Assembly (NCBI GenBank): GCA_964590255.1
Contig: CAZPYA010000009.1
Span: forward strand, 791-64,790
DNA: 64,000 bases
Origin: an uncultured bacterium
GTDB taxonomy: Bacteria > Armatimonadota > Hebobacteria > CAIYQO01
Reading direction: 5' to 3'
The translations under genes were made by a program, and so were the position numbers. Below the pieces are notes generated by a model that saw only the letters and a list, made by a program, of their open reading frames with translations, did no database searches and was not told the origin of the DNA. This document shows positions 15,302 to 22,726 of the stretch, piece by piece (positions within the stretch are counted from its first letter, which is position 1; the number at the start of each line of letters is the position of its first letter).

Positions 15302-17016
15302 ACGGCATCCGCCTCCAGCGCGTCCAGCGGCGGCCATTCGGCGCCGGCGAGTGTCTCCACCGCGCGGGCGTCGTCGCCGCGCAGCCGGTACAGGTCCGCC
15401 AGCCGCAGGTACGGTTCCCAGGCCAGCCGGTATTCCAGGTAGGTGTCGCCGTCCGGCTCGCCGGCCAGCCCGGCGCGCAGCGCGCCCAGCACGGCGATGG
15501 CTTCGGTGAAGCAGCCTTCCGCGGCGTCCAGGTCATCGCCGGCCTGCATGCCGGCACGGAGCAGCGCCGGCCAGGCGAGCAGCGGGCAGTCGACTTCACG
15601 GGCGCGGGCGAGCAGCTCGTCGGCGTCCAGGCGCGATGCCTCCGGCGCGGCGGCGGCCAGCCCCAGGGCGGCCTGCAGCGCCGGCAGGCGCGCGCCCAGC
15701 GATTCGGCGAGGTCGAAAGCGGGGTCGTAGGCGATGTGCGCCTCGGCGGCGTCGCCGCGGGCCAGCGCGGCGTCGCCCAGCGCGATGAGCGCCTGCGCCT
15801 GGGCGTAGGGGTGAGCCAACAGCGTGCTGATTTCCCACGCCTGCGCGGCGTGATAGCGCGCTTCCTGCGGCAGGTCGGCGCGGCCGTAGCTGCCGGTGAG
15901 GGCCAGGTGGGCGGCCAATTCGGCGCGGCGGGCGCCGGTGGCGATGCCCTGCTGCAGCGCGTCCTTGGCCAGCACGCGGGCGTCGTCGTAGCGGCCGGCC
16001 TCCACCAGCGTGGCGGCGCTCTCGGCCCAGGCCAGCGCCTCGCGGCCTTTGTCCTCGGCCAGCCGCGCCCAGCGGGCGGCGGCGGCCAGCGTGGCGCGGC
16101 TGGCACCCAGCGCCCCGGCGGCCCGCTGGCACACGCCCAGCGTCAGCAGCGATTCGATATACTGATCGCGGTTGGCGGACTGCACCGCCAGCTCGCCGGC
16201 CTGCGCGGCTTCGGCGGCGGCGGTGGCCGCGTCGCCGCAGGCCAGGTGGATATTCGCCAGGTTGCCCGCGGCATACAGGCGCAGCACCTGCGCCGCGCGC
16301 GGGTCGGGGGCGCTCGTTTCCAGCGCCAGCGCCTGGTCCAGCCGCTCCAGCGCGCGGTCGTAGTGGCCCTGTTGCTCGGCCACCGCCGCCAGCGAGATAT
16401 AGCCTTGCCAGCGCGCCGTCCACTCGCCGCCGGCCACCACGCGCAGGAAGCAGGCCTCCGCCTCTTCCACGCGGCCCAGCGCCAGCAGCGCGTGCCCGCG
16501 GTTTTGCTCGGCGGCGGGCAGGCGCGCTTCCAGTCCGTGCTGGCGCAGGAAGGGGATGATGAGATCGAGGGCGGCCAGCGCCCGCGCCGGCTCGCCCTGC
16601 TGCAACAGGATGGCCGCCAGCCGCAGCCGCGCGCCGGCCTCCACGCGGGCGTCGCCCGCCTGCCGCGCCAGCGCGATCATCTGCTCGCAGGAGGACAGCG
16701 CCCCCTTCAGGTCCGGCGGGCTCACCTGCGCCGCCAGCAACTGCTGCAGCGCCTGCAACCGCTCGTCCAGGTTATCGGGCGTGGCTTCGCCGCCGTAGAA
16801 AAAGAGGAGCGACTTGCCGGTGATCTCGGCGATCTGCTGGATGCGGTCGGGCTGCGCCAGCGTGGCGCCGGAGACATACTGATAAATGAGCGCGCGCGAA
16901 CAGCCGATGCGCCGCGCTAGCGCCTCCAGCGACAGCCCGGCCTCTTCCGCCGCCTGCTGGATCAGCTTTCCCTGTCCCTTGCGCCCCTCGCGCGTCGTAA
17001 AATCCAATACGCCCAT
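15298..17016 (-). CDS. XRE-family HTH domain fused to a long TPR region
   Basis: N-terminus LIQQAAEEAGLSLEALARRIGCSRALIYQYVSGATLAQPDRIQQIAEITGKSL (HTH_XRE pattern), then about 480 aa of Ala/Leu-rich TPR-like repeats. ATG 17016 is preceded by GGAGGGG. Confidence 0.85.
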   Translation of the reverse strand: MGVLDFTTREGRKGQGKLIQQAAEEAGLSLEALARRIGCSRALIYQYVSGATLAQPDRIQQIAEITGKSLLFFYGGEATPDNLDERLQALQQLLAAQVSPPDLKGALSSCEQMIALARQAGDARVEAGARLRLAAILLQQGEPARALAALDLIIPFLRQHGLEARLPAAEQNRGHALLALGRVEEAEACFLRVVAGGEWTARWQGYISLAAVAEQQGHYDRALERLDQALALETSAPDPRAAQVLRLYAAGNLANIHLACGDAATAAAEAAQAGELAVQSANRDQYIESLLTLGVCQRAAGALGASRATLAAAARWARLAEDKGREALAWAESAATLVEAGRYDDARVLAKDALQQGIATGARRAELAAHLALTGSYGRADLPQEARYHAAQAWEISTLLAHPYAQAQALIALGDAALARGDAAEAHIAYDPAFDLAESLGARLPALQAALGLAAAAPEASRLDADELLARAREVDCPLLAWPALLRAGMQAGDDLDAAEGCFTEAIAVLGALRAGLAGEPDGDTYLEYRLAWEPYLRLADLYRLRGDDARAVETLAGAEWPPLDALEADAV

Positions 17017-17238
17017 GCCCCTCCGCCGCGCCCCCCGTCGTCTACCGATAGCGGACGGGGAGCTACCATGAGAGTATAGCAAAACTAGACAAGAACATCA
17101 AGCAACCCCTCTCCCGTCCGGCGCGGGGATGGTACAGATCTGTCCACATTTTCGTCCATGTCGCGCGCATATGCGCCGCGGCATGCGGAATACTACGGAG
17201 GAGCATCATCACAGTACGATTCGTGGAAAGGAGGCGGC

Positions 17239-17472
17239 ATGCGATTGGTTTCGCGCATACTCTCGTTGGTTTCGTTTTTCCTCGTCATCATTGGTGCGGT
17301 CAACTGGCTGCTGGTGGGGTTGACCCACTTTGACCTGGTGCGTTGGCTCTTCGGGCCGAAAAGCCTGTGGAGCCGCATCGTCTACAGCCTGGTGGGCACG
17401 GCCGGGGTGAACGAGCTGACGAACTTCATCATCCGGAGCGTCCGCACGCGGACGCTTTCGGCCATTCCGTAA
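17239..17472 (+). CDS. DUF378 small membrane protein
   Basis: SD AAGGAGG lies 4-5 nt before ATG 17239. FFLVIIGAVNWLLVGLTHFDLV..LFG....SRIVYSLVGTAGV matches the DUF378 signature (GA.NW.L.G...FDLV). Confidence 0.85.
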   Translation: MRLVSRILSLVSFFLVIIGAVNWLLVGLTHFDLVRWLFGPKSLWSRIVYSLVGTAGVNELTNFIIRSVRTRTLSAIP

Positions 17473-17507
17473 CGCTAACGCTCATGTAAGGAAGAGGTAA
17501 CGGACAT

Positions 17508-17750
17508 ATGCGTACCATGAATATGATTACACTGATCCTGGTCATCGTCGGCGCGTTGAACTGGCTGCTGGTGGGCCTGTTTGGGTTCGATCTGGTAGCG
17601 TGGCTCTTCGCGGACGGCTTTGGCACGCGGTCAATGCTCAGTAATCTCGTCTATCTCCTCGTCGGGCTCTCCGGCGTCTGGTTGCTCTTCACGCTGGTGC
17701 CGGCACTCAGCACCACGCCGACCTGGCGTGAGGCGCCCGACACCGCGTAG
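17508..17750 (+). CDS. DUF378 small membrane protein (tandem paralog)
   Basis: LILVIVGALNWLLVGLFGFDLVAWLF...NLVYLLVGLSGV. SD-like AGGAAGAGG lies upstream. Confidence 0.85.
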   Translation: MRTMNMITLILVIVGALNWLLVGLFGFDLVAWLFADGFGTRSMLSNLVYLLVGLSGVWLLFTLVPALSTTPTWREAPDTA

Positions 17751-17775
17751 CGCCGTCCCGATGCGGAAAGAATCC

Positions 17776-17820
17776 GCGCCCCGGCGTTGTCCCCTGCGAC
17801 GCCGGGGCGCGGTTATTTGG
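17776..17820 (+). terminator. intrinsic terminator after the DUF378 pair
   Basis: GCGCCCCGGCG (17776-17786) pairs with CGCCGGGGCGC (17800-17810), followed by GGTTATTTGGGATTTGGG. Confidence 0.6.
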
Positions 17821-17944
17821 GATTTGGGAGGAGTTGGCTGGCAGCGTTGCGCGCGCGTAGGGGTTGGATGCGATTGGTGACATACCGATGACCGTGAAAC
17901 CCGCGCAGACATATGTTGATCTGCGCGCGCGCCCCTAACGCGCA

Positions 17945-18125
17945 CGGCTCGACGGAGTCTCGCCCAATACCGTTCACATACGGGCTCTCGACCGGCACGC
18001 GCCACCTCTCCCCCAGACCCCTCCCCTACCTGGGGAGGGGAGAGTCATGAGGAAATATGGCGGCAGGGAGAGGCGGGTTCGCCCTATGCAGCAGGCTTAT
18101 TTGAACGGTATTGGGAGTCTCGCCC
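17945..18125. repeat. ~180-bp dispersed palindromic element (family A, long form)
   Basis: Near-identical to 39109-39287: cggctcgacggagtctcgcccaataccgttca.atacgggctctcgacc.gcacgcgccacctctcccccagacccctcccctac.tggggagggg...gcaggcttatttgaa.gg.attggg. Internal inverted segments are aataccgttca.ata / tatttgaacggtatt. Confidence 0.85.
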
Positions 18126-18302
18126 TCCAGTATGCGGCTCGACTAGCGTCTCGTCCGCCAGTAATTGCGTGGCGCCGCCAACTCGCGCCGGTTTTGTGGC
18201 TCGCTCAATACACCATGCTTACCGATTATCTAGACGGGGTATGCCCCAGTCAGTATAGTGAGGCAACTGTGCCTGTACCGTGAACAGGCAACGGAGGCAG
18301 CT

Positions 18303-19277
18303 ATGGACCGCGAGATGAGAATCCGCGCCTACCGGCAGATGGTGCTCATCCGCCACTTTGAAGACAAAGCGGGCGAGATGTATGGCCGGGGCAAGATCGG
18401 CGGCTTTCTGCACCTGTATATTGGCGAAGAGGCGTGCGCGGTGGGCGCGATTGCCGCGTTGCGCCCAGACGACTACATCACCACCCATTACCGCGACCAT
18501 GGCCACGCGCTGGCGAAGGGCAGTTCGGCGCGGGCGGTGATGGCGGAGCTGTTCGGCAAGCGCACCGGGGTGAGCCTGGGCCTGGGCGGCTCGATGCACC
18601 TTTTCGATGCGGAGCACCGGATGATGGGCGGCTACGCCATTGTCGGCGGCCACATCCCCATCGGCATGGGCATCGCGCTGGGCGCGCGGAAGCTGGGGAA
18701 AGACCACGTCTGCGCGGTCTTTTTTGGCGATGGCGCGGTGAACGAGGGCGAGTTCCACGAGGCGCTGAACATGGCGTCGGTGTGGAAACTGCCGGTGGTC
18801 TTCTTCTGCGAGAACAACTTCTACGCCATGGGCACCGCCATCACCCGCACCTCGGCGGTGACGGAAGTATACCGCCGTGCCGAGGCCTACGCCATGCCCG
18901 GCCAGCGCGTGGACGGCATGGACGTGGAAGCTGTATACCGGGCGATGTCCGACGCGGTGGCGCGGGCGCGCGGCGGCGGCGGGCCGACGCTGATCGAGGC
19001 GCTCACCTATCGTTTCAAAGGTCACTCCATGGCGGATGCGGTGGGCTATCGCACCCGCGAGGAAGAGGCGGAGTGGCACCCGCGCGACCCCATCGCCGTG
19101 CTGCGCGAGCGGCTGCTGGAGAGTGGCGAGGCGACCGAGGACGCACTGCAGGTCATCGACGCGGAAGTGCGCGCCGAAGTGGACGATGCCGTGCGCTTCG
19201 CTGACGAAAGCCCCGAACCGACGATGGCGGACGTGCTGGCGTCGGTGTACGCGCCGTGCCGGGCCTGCGCGGAATAG
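18303..19277 (+). CDS. pdhA: pyruvate (2-oxoacid) dehydrogenase E1 alpha subunit
   Basis: YRQMVLIRHFEDKAGEMYGRGKIGGFLHLYIGEEA...HYRDHGHALAKG...GSMH...FFGDGAVNEGEFHEALNMA..WKLPVVFFCENNFYAMGT (TPP-binding E1-alpha motifs). SD GGAGG lies 5 nt before ATG 18303. Confidence 0.95.
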   Translation: MDREMRIRAYRQMVLIRHFEDKAGEMYGRGKIGGFLHLYIGEEACAVGAIAALRPDDYITTHYRDHGHALAKGSSARAVMAELFGKRTGVSLGLGGSMHLFDAEHRMMGGYAIVGGHIPIGMGIALGARKLGKDHVCAVFFGDGAVNEGEFHEALNMASVWKLPVVFFCENNFYAMGTAITRTSAVTEVYRRAEAYAMPGQRVDGMDVEAVYRAMSDAVARARGGGGPTLIEALTYRFKGHSMADAVGYRTREEEAEWHPRDPIAVLRERLLESGEATEDALQVIDAEVRAEVDDAVRFADESPEPTMADVLASVYAPCRACAE

Positions 19278-19287
19278 GAGGCGCACC

Positions 19288-19373
19288 ATGATTATCACCT
19301 ATCGTGAAGCGGTTGTCGTTGCCACAGAAAAACGAACGGGGATGCGAAAATGATTATCACCTATCGTGAAGCG
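19288..19373 (+). repeat. 24-nt exact direct repeat of the pdhB start codon region, creating a 21-codon uORF (19288..19353)
   Basis: ATGATTATCACCTATCGTGAAGCG occurs at 19288-19311 and again at 19350-19373. The first copy follows the strong SD AGGAGG and reads MIITYREAVVVATEKRTGMRK-TGA. Its TGA (19351-19353) overlaps the pdhB ATG (19350-19352). Confidence 0.9.
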
Positions 19374-20321
19374 ATACGCCAGGCGCTCCGCGAGCTGCTG
19401 AAAGACCCGGCGGTGTTCCTTATGGGCGAGGACATCGGCGCCTATGGTGGCGCTTTCGCCGTCACGAAGGGATTTCTCGATGAATACGGTCCCGAGCGCA
19501 TCATGGATACGCCAATTTCCGAGTCCGGACTGGTGAGCGCGGCCATCGGCGCGGGCATGGCCGGCGCGCACCCGGTGGTGGAGGTGATGACCATCAACTT
19601 CACGTTACTCGCGTTCGACGCGCTGGTGAACCACGCGGCGAAAATCCACGCCATGTCCGGCGGGCACGTGGACGTGCCGCTCATTCTACGCACTGTCACC
19701 GGCTCGGGCAACCAGCTTGGCGCGCAACACTCGCAGAACATCGAGGGGCATTACGCCATGGTGCCGGGCCTGAAGGTGCTGGCTCCCGCCACGCCGGCCG
19801 ACGCGAAGGGCTTGCTGCTGTCCGCGTATTACGAGCCGAACCCGGTCTTCATCACCGAGCATTTCGCGCTGTATAACACGAAAGGCGAGGTGGACGAGAA
19901 GCCGGTGCGCGTGCCTATCAACACGGCGAACATCATGCGCGAGGGCAGCGACATCACGCTCATCGCCTACTCGCGCATGGCGATCGTCTGCACCCAGGCC
20001 GCCGAGCTGCTGGCGCAGGACGGCATCAGTGCCGAGGTGCTGGACATGCGCACGCTGCGCCCGCTGGACCTGGACACCATCTTTACCTCCATCGCCAAGA
20101 CGCACTACGCGGTGATGGTGGAGGAAACGGGCAAAGGCACCAGCATCGGCGGCTCGCTTATCGCCGAGGTGCAGGAGCAGATTTTCGATGAGCTGCGCGG
20201 TCCCATCCGCTGGGTGGCCGGCCTGCCCGTGCCTATGCCATACAATAAAACACTCGAACGCGAAGCGATACCCAATGCCGCCAGCATCGCGCAGGCGGCG
20301 CGGGAGTTGTTGAAGGCGTAA
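19350..20321 (+). CDS. pdhB: pyruvate (2-oxoacid) dehydrogenase E1 beta subunit
   Basis: MIITYREAIRQALRELLKDPAVFLMGEDIGAYGGAFAVTKGFLDEYGPERIMDTPISESGLVSAAIGAGMAG..PVVEVMTINF is a typical E1-beta sequence. Confidence 0.95.
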   Translation: MIITYREAIRQALRELLKDPAVFLMGEDIGAYGGAFAVTKGFLDEYGPERIMDTPISESGLVSAAIGAGMAGAHPVVEVMTINFTLLAFDALVNHAAKIHAMSGGHVDVPLILRTVTGSGNQLGAQHSQNIEGHYAMVPGLKVLAPATPADAKGLLLSAYYEPNPVFITEHFALYNTKGEVDEKPVRVPINTANIMREGSDITLIAYSRMAIVCTQAAELLAQDGISAEVLDMRTLRPLDLDTIFTSIAKTHYAVMVEETGKGTSIGGSLIAEVQEQIFDELRGPIRWVAGLPVPMPYNKTLEREAIPNAASIAQAARELLKA

Positions 20322-20359
20322 CGATACACAGACACATTGTTTCGGTACCAATCGGTTGC

Positions 20360-20573
20360 TCTGGTCCCCCGGATTGAAATCCGGGGCTGGAGAGACGAAG
20401 TCGGCCTACGCCGACTGGCCGGATCGGTTAATGGATACAGCGACGCATTGCTGACCGTGCCATGCGTGTGGGAGGAGTATATGCGCGAAAATGGGTACAG
20501 CAACGCATTTCCGGCTTCCCTATATTCGGTTACTATGTGCCTGATTGGGAAATGCGTTACAGTCCCCATTTTT
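20360..20573. repeat. composite hairpin/repeat block after pdhB (includes a family D pair)
   Basis: Hairpins ccccggattgaaatccgggg and agtcggc-ctac-gccgact. Family D arms are GAAAATGGGTACAGCAACGCATTTCC (20487-20512) and GGGAAATGCGTTACAGTCCCCATTT (20547-20573). Confidence 0.8.
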
Positions 20574-20600
20574 GGGCGATTGCGTTTTTGAGGAGATAAT

Positions 20601-20843
20601 ATGGCCACCACCGATGTCATCATGCCCCAGTTGGGCTTCGATATGGAAGAGGGCACTCTTCAGCGCTGGTTGAAGCAGGTGGGCGACCACGTGGAGCGCG
20701 GGGACGCCCTTGCCGAGGTGGAGACGGAGAAGGTGACGCTGCAGGTGGAGAGCTACGCCACCGGCACGCTGACCGCCATCATCAAGCACGAAGGCGAAAC
20801 CGTGCCCGTCGGCGAGAAGATCGGGGAGATTGAGGAAGGATAG
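20601..20843 (+). CDS. stand-alone lipoyl-attachment domain (N-terminal part of a split PDH E2)
   Basis: IMPQLGFDMEEGTLQRWLKQVGDHVERGDALAEVETEKVTLQVESYATGTLTAII is a lipoyl domain with the E-T-E-K lipoyl-lysine motif. The ORF ends at TAG 20841-20843, directly at the domain boundary. Confidence 0.85.
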   Translation: MATTDVIMPQLGFDMEEGTLQRWLKQVGDHVERGDALAEVETEKVTLQVESYATGTLTAIIKHEGETVPVGEKIGEIEEG

Positions 20844-20857
20844 GACCGGCTCGGTAG

Positions 20858-20936
20858 TCGGCCCCCCTCCCCAGCCCTCCCCCCGTGCCCTCCGTAACAC
20901 TGCGTGCACAGGGGGAGGGCCGGGGAGGGGGGCCGA
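20858..20936. repeat. GC-rich palindromic element (family C) inserted between the two E2 ORFs
   Basis: Arm tcggcccccctccccagccctccccc (from 20858) pairs with gggggagggccggggaggggggccga (to 20936), one mismatch, about 26-nt loop. Related copies lie at about 38705-39040. In the E2 frame the segment from the lipoyl-ORF stop through this element carries TAG 20841 and TAA 20895. Confidence 0.8.
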
Positions 20937-20978
20937 GTAGGCACCATGTTTCGTCTGCAACGACCAAAGGAGCATCCC

Positions 20979-21647
20979 ATGGCCTCACCCATGCGCCAGG
21001 CGATTGCGCGGCATATGTCGCACAGCAAGCAGAATATCCCCCATTACTACCTGACGATGTCTGCCGACATGGGGGCGGCGATGGCGCGGCGGACGGCGTG
21101 GAACGCCGCGCATGACGAGGACGCGCGCGTGTCGGTGAACGACCTCGTGGTGAAGGCGGCGGCCATCGCGCTGGCCAGCCACCCGCGCTTCAACGCCTTC
21201 TATCAGGATGACGACGGGCACCCGCAGGCGCGAATCAATATCGGTATTGCCGTGGCGTTGCCGGACGGGTTGATCGCGCCCGCCATTCTCGGCTGCCAGG
21301 CGCTGACCATCGACGAGATTGGCCGGCGCGGGCGCGATCTGGCGGCGAGGGCACGGCAGAAAACACTGAAAGCGGAAGAATATACCGCCGGCACCTTCAC
21401 GATTACCAACCTGGGGATGTACAATGTGGACAGCTTTGCCGCCATCATCGTGCCGCCGCAGGTGGCCATATTGGCCGTGGGCAGCGTGATGGAGACGCCG
21501 GCCGTGCACGATGGACATATCATCGTGGCGCGCCGGGCGGCCTTGACGCTGTCGGCCGACCACCGTGCCAGCGATGGGGCGGAAGGCGCATTGTTCCTGG
21601 GAGAAATTATTTCGTGCCTGCAGAATCCGGAAATCCTGTTCACGTAA
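20979..21647 (+). CDS. 2-oxoacid dehydrogenase acyltransferase catalytic domain (C-terminal part of a split PDH E2)
   Basis: SPMRQAIARHMSHSKQNIPHYYLT...NDLVVKAAAIALASHPRFNA...IGIAVALPDGLIAPAI...GTFTITNLGMYNVDSFAAIIVPPQVAILAVG...LTLSADHRASDGAEGALFL contains the catalytic DHRxxDG. It has its own SD AAGGAG (20967-20972) 6 nt before ATG 20979. Same reading frame as 20601..20843. Confidence 0.85.
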   Translation: MASPMRQAIARHMSHSKQNIPHYYLTMSADMGAAMARRTAWNAAHDEDARVSVNDLVVKAAAIALASHPRFNAFYQDDDGHPQARINIGIAVALPDGLIAPAILGCQALTIDEIGRRGRDLAARARQKTLKAEEYTAGTFTITNLGMYNVDSFAAIIVPPQVAILAVGSVMETPAVHDGHIIVARRAALTLSADHRASDGAEGALFLGEIISCLQNPEILFT

Positions 21648-22540
21648 CCCCCCGTTATGCCGCTGACGATCCCCGCGTGGGGTCGGCGGTCGGCGCGCGC
21701 CGGCCTGAGTGGCTGAAGGTGCGCGTGCCCGTTGGCGAGAACTATCACGACCTGAAGAAACTGGTGCGCGCCCACCGCCTGCACACCGTGTGCGAGAGCG
21801 CGCGCTGCCCGAACATTGGCGAGTGCTGGCAGTCGCGCACCGCCACCTTCCTCATTCTCGGCAACACCTGCACGCGGCGCTGCGCCTTCTGCGCGGTCGC
21901 CAGCGGGCAACCCACCGAATACGACCTGGACGAGCCGCGCCGCGTGGCGGAGGCGGTGGCGGCGCTCGATCTCAAATACGCGGTGATCACCTCGGTGACC
22001 CGCGACGACCTGGCCGACGGCGGCGCCTTCATCTTCGCCGAGACGATTCGCGCGGTGCGCGCGGCGGTGCCCGGCTGCCGGGTGGAGGTGCTCATCCCCG
22101 ATTTTCAAGGCGACGCCGACGCGCTGGCGGCGGTGGTGGCGGCGAAGCCGGACGTGCTGAACCACAACATCGAGACGGTGGCGCGCCTCTACAGCCTGGT
22201 GCGGCCGCAGGCGGACTATCGCCGCTCGCTGGAACTCATCAGCCGCGCGAAGGCCATCGACCCGGCGCAGACGACCAAATCCGGCTTGATGCTGGGGCTG
22301 GGGGAAACGGCGGACGAGGTGGAGGGCGCGCTGCGCGACCTGCGCGCCGCCGGCTGCGACATCGTCACCATCGGCCAGTACCTGCGCCCTTCAGCCGACC
22401 ACCTGCCGGTGCAGAAATACTGCGAGCCGGAGGAATTCGCCCATTATGCCGCCGTCGGCGCCGCCCTCGGCTTCCAACACGTGGAATCGGCGCCGCTGGT
22501 GCGGTCGTCGTATCATGCGCGGGAGCAGGCGGAGGGGTAA
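21614..22540 (+). CDS. lipA: lipoyl synthase
   Basis: RPEWLKVRVP...LHTVCESARCPNIGECW...TATFLILGNTCTRRCAFCAV has both LipA cysteine clusters. Start is uncertain: GTG 21614 overlaps the E2 end, and a later in-frame GTG also exists. Confidence 0.93.
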   Translation: MPAESGNPVHVTPRYAADDPRVGSAVGARRPEWLKVRVPVGENYHDLKKLVRAHRLHTVCESARCPNIGECWQSRTATFLILGNTCTRRCAFCAVASGQPTEYDLDEPRRVAEAVAALDLKYAVITSVTRDDLADGGAFIFAETIRAVRAAVPGCRVEVLIPDFQGDADALAAVVAAKPDVLNHNIETVARLYSLVRPQADYRRSLELISRAKAIDPAQTTKSGLMLGLGETADEVEGALRDLRAAGCDIVTIGQYLRPSADHLPVQKYCEPEEFAHYAAVGAALGFQHVESAPLVRSSYHAREQAEG

Positions 22541-22550
22541 GCGTGTATGG

Positions 22551-22638
22551 GGGAAATGGGTACAGCAACGCATTTCCAGCGGGCGCAGGATCGTATACCT
22601 GACGCATGAACGGGAAATGCGTTACAGTCCCCATTTCC
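22551..22638. repeat. family D inverted-repeat element after lipA
   Basis: GGGAAATGGGTACAGCAACGCATTTCC (22551-22577), 34-nt spacer, GGGAAATGCGTTACAGTCCCCATTTCC (22612-22638). Same pair as at 20487-20573. A solo arm lies at 25579-25604. Confidence 0.85.
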
Positions 22639-22726
22639 TCTGCTTCGTGTCCTCGCTTCGCGCATTCTCGCCGTCCGCTGCCGGATACAATGAGCGCGGA
22701 ACCCATTGCGCAAGGAGGGCGAAACG

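Noticed and set aside
22541-22726. TPP riboswitch upstream of the YkoF/MTH1187-like thiamine-binding gene
   Set aside because: The region is occupied by the family D repeat. I cannot find the conserved TPP-riboswitch core (CUGAGA ... ACCUGAUCUGGAUAAUGCCAGCG-like) on either strand.
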